Assembly: GCA_000708835.1 (NCBI GenBank)
Contig: DF237559.1
Coordinates: forward strand, 1-51,807
From: Klebsormidium nitens
Lineage: Eukaryota; Plantae; Klebsormidiophyceae
Length of the DNA stretch: 51,807 bases
Reading direction: 5' to 3'
Positions 11,701 through 24,200 of this stretch are shown here, piece by piece; positions within the stretch are counted from its first letter, which is position 1, and each line of letters opens with the position of its first letter. The translations under genes and the position numbers were made by a program. Below the pieces are notes generated by a model. The model saw only the letters and a list, made by a program, of their open reading frames with translations, searched no databases and had not been told where the DNA came from.

Positions 11701-14586
11701 GGGCGTGGTTTTATTACGAGAAGGTCTCTAAGACTAAGTCCTAAGGAAGGCTGGAGGAAGGCTCGAAAAGGGTGTCTGTGAGTCATTCGAAACTTTGAAC
11801 CCCATTGTTTGGATCGTCCAATGTCCAGCATGTGCGGCCGTAGCCGTTTTGCGCTGACAACATGGCCGCTGGGTTGCGTTGCACTAACGGGCGGTCAAAA
11901 ACTTGTGCACTTGCTGATATACAGAGTCGGAGCCGGCCCCTTAAGTGAAGACAAAGACCCCTTGACCCTCCGATTTGGAAGGGGCCTTGGCCGCAAACGC
12001 AAGACTGTCTCCAGCAGATGAGTCGGATTGAAATCTTGATGAAGTCAAAGCTAGTCATAAGACCATCATGGAAGGGCGGGTTTACTCAGCGGACCTTCGA
12101 CTTCATCTTCGGCCTGGCAAGCAGCTCACCCAATGTAGCACTTCGTCACGCATTTGAAAAGTGTACACCATTCATAATCTTAACGCGCTCGGTTGAGCTC
12201 ACCGGTTTCGTGGCTGCTTGCTCCCCGCCCTCCTTGAGCTGGTTTGGAATGTCACCGGGCGTCTCCGCCAGGCTGGTAATCTCGTCCGCCCACCCCCCCC
12301 CCCCCGGTCCAGGTTCTAAACCGCCCCCCCCGGCAGGCTGTTCTGCGATTACTGATGGCCCTCTCCCCAGCCCCCCGTCCTTTACCCCGGGCGATTTTGA
12401 CGAGCCTTCGCACACGCTCTGCCCCGCATCCGTCTCAATTGTCGTTGTCCCGGTCACTTGGGACTTCTCTGGCAAAACCGCCTCCGAAAGCGGAGTCGGG
12501 CCAGCCCCGCGCGCGCCCCCCCTAGAACGCTGCCGCGCTTTTCCGCTGGTTCCGTTCCGTTCGGATGTCGGCGGATCGCTGGCGGTCGACGTCGCTGTAG
12601 CGTCGAGGCGAGCCTTTGCTGACGCCGTTTCTGCATCGCTGGGGCCCTTCTCTCGGAATTCCATATGATGCTGCATAGCGGGACCGAAAGAGCATCGTAA
12701 GCGGCCCAAGTTTTGAATCATACACTTTGGAGCTGCGCCTGATGGAGACCGTAAACGGAAGGAGAGACTGCATAAGAAAGTTATCGAAGCGGGCTCTTCC
12801 TTGCGTTGCAAGGAGCACAGAAAGCGGCTGAAACGACGTGCGAAAGAAAAAAACTTAACGAACTGAGGCAACAAACGTGGACCTGAGCTTTTCAACAGTG
12901 CTCGAAGCGAGAGAAGCATCTGAACGAGAGGCAGCCTACATTCCGGTGGACGGTTATCCGCTCTCAAAAGAGAGGCAAACTCAATTCAAGTGAACGGAGA
13001 GAAAGCAGAGGAGAAATAGCTCTCCGTTCTTTCAGATAGACATAGTCGTCGCTAAGCCTTCTTAAGCTGTTTTAACAAGCGAGGCGTCAAGTGAGCAGAT
13101 TTCAGCGAAACCCCTGGCTTAGGGCTTCGAGTTAGCAGCCTTGATTAGAATTGATGCTTGTGAACATGCCTTCATCAGCGAATTTTCTGAAGGAATGACG
13201 AGCACGATCCTTTCGGACAGACTAGACCAACTGGATGGGGCTGGACCGTGACATCTCTGACACCAAACAGACACCGCTAAGGGGCCGCTGAACAAAGCTC
13301 TCTGTGCTTGACACACAAAGCACTTCAACGCCGGATCTCCAGATAGTTTTACGAGAGACTCCTTACCTGGCCGACTTTCAGGTCTGCCCCGCCAGCCCCT
13401 TCAACTCCCTCTTCATCACCCTTTGGCTTTTCCAATAAGTCGCTCTCCGGCTTCTTCATCAAACCGCGATCCACGCTATCTGCCCCTTTCTCCCCAGCTT
13501 TGTCCGCACCTCTCTCAACCATTCCCTCTTCTACTTCCATACCGGCTTCCTTCTTTTCCGTCAAACGTAGCAGTTCCAATATCGTTTGCAGCGGATTCTC
13601 CGAAGACGAGGCGGGGTTCTCAACCGACCCATCTTTCGGCATCCAATCGGGTACGGTCCGTTCCCCGGGGAGGAGAACCGGTTGCTTCCAGAAGTCGCGG
13701 TAGAACGCCGCCGTGTTGCCGCGGGCGTCGAGAACCGCGGCCGACGCTTCGGAGGTCAGCGAGAGTGACTGTTGCAAACGCAAGAGAACTTGTGAGACCG
13801 TATTGCGAAGCCGTGTGAGAACAACCCCCCTTCAAGTCTTATTCGACTCTGAACGACAAGAGCCTAGTAACAGAAAGTGACTTGGTCATGCTGAGAAAGC
13901 CTGGCCAAACATGCAACTCTTTGATGAGATACACTATTCGAATTGTGCTCCCGATGTGCTCTCAATGAGTCTGGAGCTTCCAAGCATAAGTCAGCATGTG
14001 CTGCAGTCATTGAGCCGCAAACGGTGTTGAGCGATGTGTCTCCATCAGCTTTCTCCACCACCAAAGAATCGCAGTCCATATCTCCAGGATTCCCCTGTTC
14101 TTAGCCTTCGCTTGTTCTGCACATCTTGATTTGAGTTGCTATGTGTTGTTGGTCAGCTCATTGTACAAAGTTTATACACATACCTGCCTGTGAGGTGCTA
14201 GTCTGCATGCTCCATCTGATGAGCTCCCCTAAGATGGAATTCTCCAACATTAACCACACAAAAAGAAGGTTATTGGTCAGCTGCAGTCAGCACTCACCCA
14301 CGAGGAGGCTGATGTGCAGCCCGGTCAGAAGCTCTATGAGGACAGAAAGTGGCGCCTCCCATTCACTCCCTGCCACTACTCTGATTCCATATACAAGATC
14401 AGGGCCCTGCTCAAAGGAACCGTCCGAAGCCGTTGTTCCTGCATCCCTTGCTGCCGGCTTCTTCTCTGCAGCGCTCTTTGCAATCAGCCTATTCAGGGCC
14501 TGCTGGTTGCTCTTTTGCCTTCTGCTTTCCCATGGCTCGAGCAGGAGAGCTGCCGCCACCTCGACGGTTGGCGGACTGTTTTCCGG
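8795..14586 (-). pseudogene. Multi-exon gene for a long low-complexity protein with a C-terminal C3HC4-type RING finger (E3 ligase-like); damaged, probable pseudogene. Clear exons 14298-14586, 13367-13768, ~12130-12670, ~10700-11675, 8795-~9890
   Basis: RING reads C-C-V-G (Cys lost)..LVPCGHRLCFEC; the final CxxC (GECPLCKTRIQSVLKLYN*) lies in another frame, restored by deleting one base from the C-run at 8850-8853. Splice-consistent exons upstream. Internal exon structure and 5' end uncertain. Confidence 0.6.
10900..11500 (-). repeat. Coding tandem repeat: four 135-bp (45-aa) units TAL.S..TD..Q.AR.V.. followed by short AQTA/AQIA repeats
   Basis: AGGGCGGT core at 11080, 11215, 11350, 11485 (period 135); minus-strand frame stays open through the array. 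Confidence 0.8.
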
Positions 14587-15237
14587 CTACAATGTACTGC
14601 TAGGACCAAACTCTCTTGCAGGCTCCTGCTGGGATGCTAGGTATCACATGCTCTCAGACTCATTTTAAGTTGACCATCACCTCAAACTCATAGAGTCAAA
14701 GATCTATTTTCTGGACGACTTTGAATTTGTACTTTGCAGGGTCTGCTTCCAACTCTGAAAAACTGGGTGGTTTTCTACCAAATGTTGTCAGCTGAGGCAA
14801 AGGTTATGGAGACTTTGGCGAATGGTCCAGACATGCCGTTCTAGGAACGTCGTACTGATCAACAGCTTACTGGGACAGGGATTGCCTCCGCTTTAGCTGC
14901 CGTCCATCAGAACCGTCACCATATCAGTGAAGTACAATCTTCCTCTATAGACCGAACATATGCAGAATTGTCTCGATTTACAACTTCAATACAAGCAAAA
15001 TCCTTCTGTGTAGCTCGAAAGTCAAATAGAATGTGGAGAGAGAACGAATACGGTAGGAACGCCAAGTGTGCTCATCGGCAGGTGTTCAGTTTTGTGAAGA
15101 GACATTTCGTGGAGGAGAGTCATTCCTGTCAACCCTGTTGAGTCACTGCAGTGAGTTGCACTTTTTCGAGCTGCGAAGCAGGGCTAACGGAACCAGACGA
15201 ATTTCAAGTGAGAAGTTTTGAGATCAGATCCTCGTGC

Positions 15238-18200
15238 ATGATGGCGCAATGGTGGCGCTGTCACCAAGAGGTGCAGAGCGCTATTGAGAGCTTTGGGGCG
15301 GCGGCACAGGAGGAGAATTCTCGTGAAGAGGGTCTGAAACATCGGGAAAATGAGGTGGTAAGAATGCAATCCATCCTTCCTTCTGCATTTGTTTCATGCA
15401 TAATGAGTTTGCAAGCTTTCGTGTTTTTTCACTGAAGCGTCGTTTGCTTTGTTGTGGTCATGCTGGTCTGAGGCAAAGACGCATTCAAAAACAGAAAGTC
15501 ACTTTGCAACAGCGGGAAAGAGAGGTGGTGAGAAGTGACCTTCTTACCACTTGTGGCTGGGTAATGTGCAGTGTTCAGTGTCCTCTGGCAGAAGCGTTTG
15601 GCACATGCAATCAACACTGGTGGTGAAACAAAGGCAGTGCTAGTTGTCTGCACTTCTTCTACAGCTTTCTCGCGCATGGTTGATGCAGTGAAAATCAGCA
15701 TTATCGTACGACTGGCTAGTCAATAGAGAGGCAAACTTAGGGAAGTACATCGCTCCTCTGCATACAATTCAGAATTAATGCAATCAGTTAAACTCGTGCC
15801 CCTATCAAGCTGTCTTCTTGTGGAGCTTATTGACTGGTGCGGTCAATAGAATAAAAATGGTACAAAGTTTCTCTTTCTTCCTTTGTGATATGCAACCTGG
15901 AAGCTTGCCCTGGGGGGTACAACCGTCCGCACATGCCAGTACTTTTTACAATCGCAGTCACACTTCTTGTATTTCATCTCGGCTTCTTCTTTTCTTGGTG
16001 AAGCACATTATAGAAACGTACTTACTTCCTTATCATTGTTTGAATCAGCACCTTGATACACGTAGTTTATACAACAGTTTAGTTTTCAGAGATGTTTCCT
16101 CCCAGTCTACTTTTGATATGAATTCACACTGGCAAGATCTTCTCCAAGCAACAAGGCATTGGTTTGATGGTGTGATTCTTAGCTGGCAGATAGCTCGCAA
16201 CTACATTTGAATCATCAGTCAATGTTTGCTGGCACTCATGTGTATACACGCAAAACGGAAGCGAGGGAGTTCTTGGAAGGTATCCGACACAGTTATCAAG
16301 ATCTGGGGCAACAGGCTTTGGTCATCGTTTCTGAGCTTCTTGATTGCGCCTTTGCAAGCGGCTAAGCTGATGTGCCACAACCATTCTCTATGGAACACCA
16401 CTTTACATGGATGCTAAGTTCCAAATCCAAGCTTTGTCCAAAGGAAAAACTCCAACAATTGTCTGCTTCTTTCTTGCAGGGGCAAATACTTAGAGAGCAC
16501 CACCAATGGTTCCTCAACACCTTTGACAACTTCAAGCCGCCTTCTGCCGCGTCCAAAGCGGCTCTCCAGAACGAGACCATCACTCTGGGGCCGGAGACGA
16601 TTCCAGTCACTGCGGATCTGAGGGAGACTGCTCTTGAAGCGAGCGCGCGTCTGGTGAGCCTCTTTAAAAGTCGTTCGCACATTCTCCTCCTTTTGTGTGT
16701 TACCTTTTCCCTTGGCTTCGACTTTTTGAAAGGCAGAAAAACGATGGAAGGAACGCCGCAGAAGTGTTGCAGCAAATAGCTCGAATACGAAGTAAATATG
16801 ATCCGTTCCTCGGAGCGGAGGCCAGCAGACTCTTAACCATTGAATGTCAAACAATTTGTCGAAAGAACGGCCTGGCACATGCGAAGAAATTCCAGGCCCA
16901 CCCTCCGGTTGAATAACGCGCACGAGCCTATTCCATCGACAGGCCTGCCAATAAGCTTTCAAACCTTCCAAGGAATCATTGGTCTAAAAGTAACCTAGGA
17001 TTCTATACTAGACCAACCGCAAGGATGGATGCATCTTTATTGTGATAGACTGAAGTACCTTATCTTTGGCGTTCTTGTGAGCGCAGGACTTGGACGAGAC
17101 GCAAGCATACCTTATGGTGCACCGGTGCGCGGAAGACGGGGACGGTGTCCGGGGAGGGGGCCCAGGAGAAAGCGACCTGTTGGATCAGGTAAGAAGATTG
17201 GGTGGTGCCTTTGGATTCTAATTCAGAGATCTCGCACTGAGCACTAATCGAGTCTGCCTTTGCTCGGTTCCCGATGACGCTTGGCTCGCATTAAGCTGGT
17301 AAAGAAACGTCGTGCTTCATTTGTTTATCAAATGAGGGACGGGTCGTAGTCGAGCTCGGGTTACCGTGTTGAAGTTCACGCGCTAGTACCCTTTACATAC
17401 GCATTGTGGAGCCTATGAAGGCAACGCTCTGCAATTGACACAAGACATGTTACAGAAGCCCCTGGTCAATTTCGTTGGCGTGTACACTTTGTGCGCGCCT
17501 CGTCGAATCTCCACTGTGTGTGAAGTTCCTGGTCTTCTTGCCATTAAGAATTGCGTCGTCTGATCCAAAAGCAGTTCCACCTTGATTAATTTATTCAACG
17601 GCAGAAGTAGTCCCGCAGGCTCAGCGGGCAAGTACCTTCGTAGCCAGTGTTGGCGGGGCAGTGAACTCAAATCGGCTGCGAAATCTTCGTTTGCAGCAGG
17701 AAGCCTCAGCCCCTGATGAGCGCAAAAGAATTGAGACGACAACGTACTTCTTATAGATCGAGCCGATGTCGTTTTTCGTGCCGAAAAGAAGCATGCAGAA
17801 GCATCAAAGCAAAATGTTGCCGCCTTCCTTTGCGCAGGTTGTCGCTTACCACGGGGCAGAGCGATCGGCCCTAGTTACAAGCCTTCGTACTTTGCTGAGC
17901 TTTCAAGGTGAGCCGTGGATTGTTTTGCAGTGCTTTTGAACCAGTTGGAAGGGACCGTTCCCGACTGAGCTGTCTGCAATTCAAGTCGCATATGGTGCAA
18001 ATCCATCTTCGCCAAAACTCTTGGATTGCTTTTCCAAGCTGGACATGATAGGTGAGGAATAGGCCTCTTTTCATGGAATACTCAAAAGTCTCATAACCGT
18101 GAACAGACCATCTTCAGTACTGCAGAAAATTACTACTCCGAACGAATGGTATTGGAGCGTTTCTTTCTATTCTAATAGCCCACAGGCCAAGTGGTACCGG

Positions 18201-21200
18201 TAGTTAGGTTGACAGCAGAGGATCAGAGAGAGCAGACAAGAAGAAGCTGAGCCGTTTGCCGATGTTAAACAGTAAACGTCCGCCGGCCTATCTCTGCAGA
18301 TGGTGACGGCAACCAAGGCAACTCCGCTGTGCGTGTATTTGCGGACGCCGTTAACCGTCTGATCAAGGACGGGTTAGAAGCAAACCTTGTGGCGACGGTG
18401 AAGAGACACCTGGTCGCAACCCCGCCGGCTAGCCTCGTGAGCATTCGCAACGTTCTTTTTTTGGTTCCTCTCTTCTGAAGTTGAGAATAAATCCCCTCAG
18501 AAAAAGGCAGGTTATTGTAGGTTGATCTGGTCAAAAAATGGGTCTTAAAGATCATTCACCATTTCGTTTACTCAAATCTTACAGATAATCTCTCCGCGAT
18601 ACATGCTCTGTCATACATTGTTGAGCGCTGATCTCGTAGATATCCCGGACATGTTCGCAGCTTTCTTTAGACGGTGGGTGGAGGAAGGAAGTTTGAAGGC
18701 GGCTCCATCTCGCTTTCCTTCTTTTAAGGTCCCTGCGTTTGCAAATTTGGTTACCCGCTGTTGGGAAACCATAAGCTGCGGAACAGTCCCTGCTGAAATC
18801 TCCCTCGAAATCCGTCGAACTTTCTCACCTTGATTAAAAGGATTCGGTTTCGATACCAATGTGGGCGGACCGAATGACGGCGAACAGTGTCTGCTGACGA
18901 GCGCGCTTTCGAAGGCTTCCTGAACTTTTTACGCCCCTTTCGATTTTCCTACAAAAGTTCGTCGAGATATCTACTCTGCAAGAATCGGCTTTGCATCAGC
19001 GGGCGGGTCAGATGGCTGCGGGATAGTCTCTTCTGATGGGCGCGCCCTTCCAAGCGTATCCTACACGATCATGATTATCAATCTCCATTTGGACGAACGT
19101 TCTTGCTGTGAAAATTGCAGGTGAAAATTGCAGGTCTCCGCTTCGATTCCGATGTGGGCGGTTTAGATTGCCGCAAACGTGACCCAGCTGATAAGCGTGC
19201 TTCCAAAGGCTTCCGTCACTTGTTATGCAACTCTCAGATTCCATACGAAAGTTCGTCAAAAGTTGCCTATTCTGCAGGGATCGGCTTGATTCGGCTGTGG
19301 GTGGACTAGGTGGCCGCGGAATAGTCCCGGCTAGTGAGCGCGCTCACTGTTGCGTTAACTGAACTTTCGTAATTATGCGTTTCGTTCGAGAAAGACATCG
19401 ACTTCTGGCCCTGAACTATGCAGGGCTCCGCTTCGATTCCATTGTGGGCGGACCAGAAGGCCGGAGAACAGTCTTTGCCGATGAGCCCTTTTTCGACAAC
19501 TAACTTCAGCAGCTGTCGGTTCTTATTTGATAAGCCGTCGAACGTCCTTACCTTGCACTCTGCAGGACTCTGCTTCGATTCCGATGTGGGCAGACCAGAT
19601 GGCCGGAGAACAGTCTCTGCTGATAAGCGCGCTCTTCATGCTGTACTTCACTCGGCCTCCCACCGGGCCCAGTCGCCTCCTTGAGCTGCTAGAATATTTC
19701 TCGGTGAGACTTTTGAGGTATTTTAGAACTGGGAGAATACCACTTTTGAAAAGCATTTTGGTTTCCACATAGATGTCGCTTTCCTCTGTCATAAAGGCTC
19801 GCGGTTCACCTGGGCTCCGCCTGAGATCGACCAGAGCTTTTATAGCGAGTTGATTTTGCCATCTTCAACTTTGGCGTAACACTTTGAAACACTTTCTGTT
19901 CTGCGCTTTTGTTTGGCCCTCTGGCTGCACGCTTTGCGCGTCCTTGCTTGCCTGGAGAGCTTTCTCGAACTGCTCAGGTAATTGTGCAAAAGTTTTATGT
20001 GCTTTCCAAGTTCCCCGGGAATTCAACTGTATTACTCTTTGCCCGGCTTTTGTACAGGTGGTGAATGCATTGTTTGCCTCCCCTCGGCTGATTCGGCCGC
20101 TTGATCGTGCCGTTGAGGAAAACCCCTTAACAAAACTTCGTCATTTCGAGCATGAGGATTCTACTCATCCGTTCCGGCTGCCTGACAATGCACTTGAGAT
20201 ATCTGTGCTGGGCAATCGAATTTGGGAGGCGCCGTTTTTGAGCCGCTATATTGAGACTTTTGGGCTGGGGGGTCGGGTTGAAGCACCTTACCTTGAGCCG
20301 AAAGCTGGAGCTATGGTCATTTGCACAGGTCAAAAAGATACCGTGCACTCACACACTTTATTCTGTTCCTAGGAGCACGTGTTCCTGCAAGACGAATTCG
20401 CCACTGACACGTGGCAGGCCTACGCGACCTCAGACCTCGCGCTGGTTCGACACCTGGCGGTTCTCTTGCTGCTGGTGCTGATGGGCCTCGAGAAACTGCC
20501 AGCGTCGTCAAAAAACGGGGACTCTCCCAGGCAAGGCACCGGAAACACGTTCAAAGGGATCACAGAGGTTGTCACGAGGCACCATTGTTGAGCGTCTTCT
20601 TTCCTTGTATCTTTTTGTTCTTGGTTTTCCCTTCATCGAAGCCACTTCACTCCTATGATCTCATTGGGATGAATATTTTGACGGGCTGTGGCTCGAAAGC
20701 TCCTATGGAAAGCCAAATTCGGCGAGGAAACAAAACTTTTTTTTTCTTTGATAATGCGACGGAGCCGGAAGACAGCCAATGAGAAGCCTCCGGCTGCTAA
20801 ATCTGCTCCCCACGCGGAGTTTTTCAGCAACGACGGCTTTCAGTAATTGACTTTTCAAACCATCAATCTTGGCGTCTCAGACGCAGGGCCCAATCTCTGT
20901 GTCGGAAGGAGTGCTCCATCTGTCCCGTGCTGGCCAAGCATCGACAGTCTCTTTGTCTTTCTCTTTCTTCCTCCTTTTCTCTCTTTCTGCCAGCCTTCAG
21001 CAGCAACCGAAATGCTTGCACCTAATGCCACTATAGACTGCAGCTTCTTGTCTCTGCATTTGACGGGCCCGAGTTTGCAGTGATAGGCAAGGCAAAGTTT
21101 GAAGCTGGATCGAGGGTTCATGGTCTTAACAGTCAGGTTTTGAGTGTTTCTTACCTTTGAAAATCCTGCAATTCAGAAAATCGTGCTTTGCATCTTTTGC

Positions 21201-24200
21201 GGTGCTTTTCCTGAAGTATATGCGGACCCTTCGACCAGGAGGAAACAGAGTCACATGCCTAGAGCGGCAACCCGGTCAATTCATTTTGCGTTCAAAGTCG
21301 GTACTTTGAGTTGTTTCCGCTATCTGCCGTGGTTGGCTGGCAGCTTCCAACATAGATTCGCGACTACGCATTTTCGGGATATGCTCCAACATTCACCTAG
21401 CCTAAGGGCGCTGCAAAATCAAAATCACTCCGCTCGTGACCGCTGTTGAATGAGCTGGGCGTGTCCTCTCTCCTTGGCCTCTTTGCAGACTCCTTAACGG
21501 CTAATTTGTCACAGCAGCGCTTAAGCTCATCTTCTCCGTGGCCTTCCTGCAGGTCGCTCAACGGTTATCCGTTCGACTCTGCTTCCTCCGCTGCTCGCTT
21601 CGACTCCCTCCTCCTCTCCCTAGAAGACGCCTCCCCCTACGCCGCTCCACTTTCTCTAGCCTGGGCTTCGTCAATCACGCTGCTACGAGCCCTTCCCGAT
21701 TCGGGGGGGTCGGATCTGCTGGCGGACCTGCCCCCCGACGGAGCGAATGTCCACATCCAGAGGGCGGAAGAAGGGGCCGTGTTCGAGCAGATGCTAGGGA
21801 TGCTCCGGCAGGACGAGTTTAGAGTTTTGGAACCGCAGGTTACGGCTTACAAGGTGCGTTCGGTTAGGCACGATTAACTCCTCCGAGTATTGATTTTCAG
21901 AGAGAGGTGTGACGTGCCAGTTTCACCTTGACGAAACAAACGCTCTTATCTCGAGTGCAAGCAATCCAGCCATGGTGTATTGTTGGGGTGGAAGTAAGGA
22001 GATGGGGTTTGGTACTTTGCTAGGGCATCTCAGGAAAGATTGCGAGGTGCTTCATTGAAATTTCAGTTCTTGTCATCGCACTTTCCTGAGCTTTTACCTG
22101 AGCTTCAGAAGCGGCAGTTGCTTCGCTCGTTCAACAATCGCAGGCGGTCTCTATTTTAAGTTCTGTGGCTTCGCTTTAAACACTTGATTCAACCACAGTC
22201 TCAAGTCTAACCTGCGTGTTCTTTGCTTTTTGAACCGTCCCCACCTGTCATCCGTCAGCTCGTTTATTCGCCAAGATGACGTTCTGATCGCACCCTCCGC
22301 CGATCGCCACTGTCACCCCGTCTGTTACTTCAGCCGTTGTTTTGCCTAGCTCCAAGCCAGTTCCAACTTGGGATGCGAAGCCGGTTTACTATCATTGAGG
22401 GTTTAGGAGCGCATTGAGACACTCTAGGTCTGATTAGACTCAGATCCATAGGAACAAGAATCCGCGCTATATCTGTGGTAGTCACTTGACCCCACCGCTT
22501 GTCACTGTACAACCACTCAGATACTGCTAACAACCCCAGCTGATGTAACATTGCTCGTGCTTTTGATTGGAACAAAAGCACGTGCGACTTCGGAGCTTGA
22601 TTCACCCAAGTCATAGAGAATTTGTCACTTCTGTAAGGACTTGATTGAGCCCACCCATTTTTGCAGCACACCATGAAGCTCCTGGTGTCGACATCTTTCA
22701 CGCCTACATGGAGCGATGCACAGTCACAGCCTGTTTCAGGTTCAGATCATGAAAACCGAGTGAATCCACAATCACACGTTGGTTTAGATACAATTTATGC
22801 AACGCTGAGTAAACTACTTCACATTTGCAGCACACCATGCCTCCACGTCCCTCCGCCCTTCAAGGAGCACTTGCATAGGCACAGCCCGGTTCATATACAG
22901 ATCATGAAACCTGACCAAAAACCCTCATTTTGCACAAGAACAGCTTGGTTTCAGATACAACTTATGCAGAACTGATTCAAATACTCCTCATTTGCAGCAC
23001 ACCATGAAGCTCCTGGTGTCCACGTCCCTCCGCGCCTACAACCTCTACTCCCCGGTCGTCGACGAATCCAACCCCCGGGGCCAAACCGTAGTGGACCTCC
23101 TCTCTTCCCTCTTCTTCGGGGAAGAGTACCTGGCACTCAGCTTCTTCGACTCCCCCCTCGACGCGCCCATCAAAGAGCTCGCCGAGGCGCTCGCGCTCTT
23201 CTTCCCTGCGCGCTCGCGCCGCTTACTTCAGCTGCTGACGTCACTCTGCCAGGGCCCTTGGGCCACCGAGAACGTCTTCAACTTCCTCTACCACCAGCGC
23301 ACGGTCGCGTTCCCCCACCCCCACGCCGGGGGGGCCGTCCAGGCCCTGCTGCCCACCCCCCTGCCGCATGCGCCGGGCCTCTACGTGCCACGTGGCACCC
23401 AGGGGGCGGTCCTGGGGTCCGATGACGTCATCGATGACGTCGGCCGGCGCGGGCAGCTGGTCGCGTGGGAGTGCCGACACCACCCGGTTCTGGTGCTGCT
23501 CCTGATGGCGAGGCAGCTTTCCAAGCGGCTCGCGAGGGGGGGCGGGGACGAGGTGACGTTACAATTACGGCCAATCTTAGAACTGCTGGCGGCGCTGACG
23601 TCATTCGGGGGCGCGCCGGTCGCGACCCTGGTGCTCGAGCTCGATAGCTCTCCGCTCGTTGTAGCCGGCAAAAGAGACGGGAGAGTGGATCCCGGGCTGC
23701 AACTAGACACGATACGAACTCTAGCGGCGATCTGTCATAACGTAGGCCACGGAAGGGGTGTGGGGTTAGCTTTGCTCCCCGCCGTTTTGACGGTCATGGC
23801 GTCTTTCGTGGAGATCTGCCCGGCGCGCGTAGGGGTGAATTTTGCGCAAGTGGGCTTGTTCGAGGTCAGCGGAGAGGAGGAGCGGTTGTACCGGCTTCAA
23901 GAGGTGCTGGAGGGAGGGGAGTACCGGACAGGGGAAGCGAAATTGACACTAGCAGGTGAGAGAACCATTGCTCCTTAACAGACGTTATGGATATTGGCGC
24001 TTCAGGGGTTCAGGACTTAGGAGTTTTGTATCTGAGCCTTCAAAAGGTGCTGCATGTAAGGAGGGAGTACTGGACTGGGGAGGCGAAGTCGAGACTGGCA
24101 GGTTAGGAAACGCTGTGGCTCTTGTCCCTTCGAGATTGAAATCTGCTTGAAAGCACCTTTCGTTGAGCAGTTTACGTCATCTGCGTCGTGGACTCTGCTT

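Noticed and set aside
10909-11781. 290-aa Gly/Leu-rich plus-strand ORF
   Set aside because: Antisense shadow of the 135-bp coding repeat of the minus-strand gene.
16219-16971. Minus-strand ORFs suggesting a transposase or separate gene
   Set aside because: They overlap NUP188 exon 2 and its introns in antisense; no recognisable motif.
18265-18555. Minus ORF resembling a mitochondrial transit peptide
   Set aside because: Antisense to NUP188 exon 18300-18436, which is fully explained on the plus strand.
18830-19800. Minus-strand translation SPAIWSAHIG resembling ankyrin repeats
   Set aside because: It is the antisense of NUP188 exon 6 and its duplicated copies; the period is not a multiple of 3 and frames are broken.
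19884-20372. 162-aa ORF with an AG-preceded segment from 20059, possibly an extra NUP188 exon
   Set aside because: Exons 19566-19703 and 20373 already join in phase and match the homolog continuously; only a weak in-phase donor.
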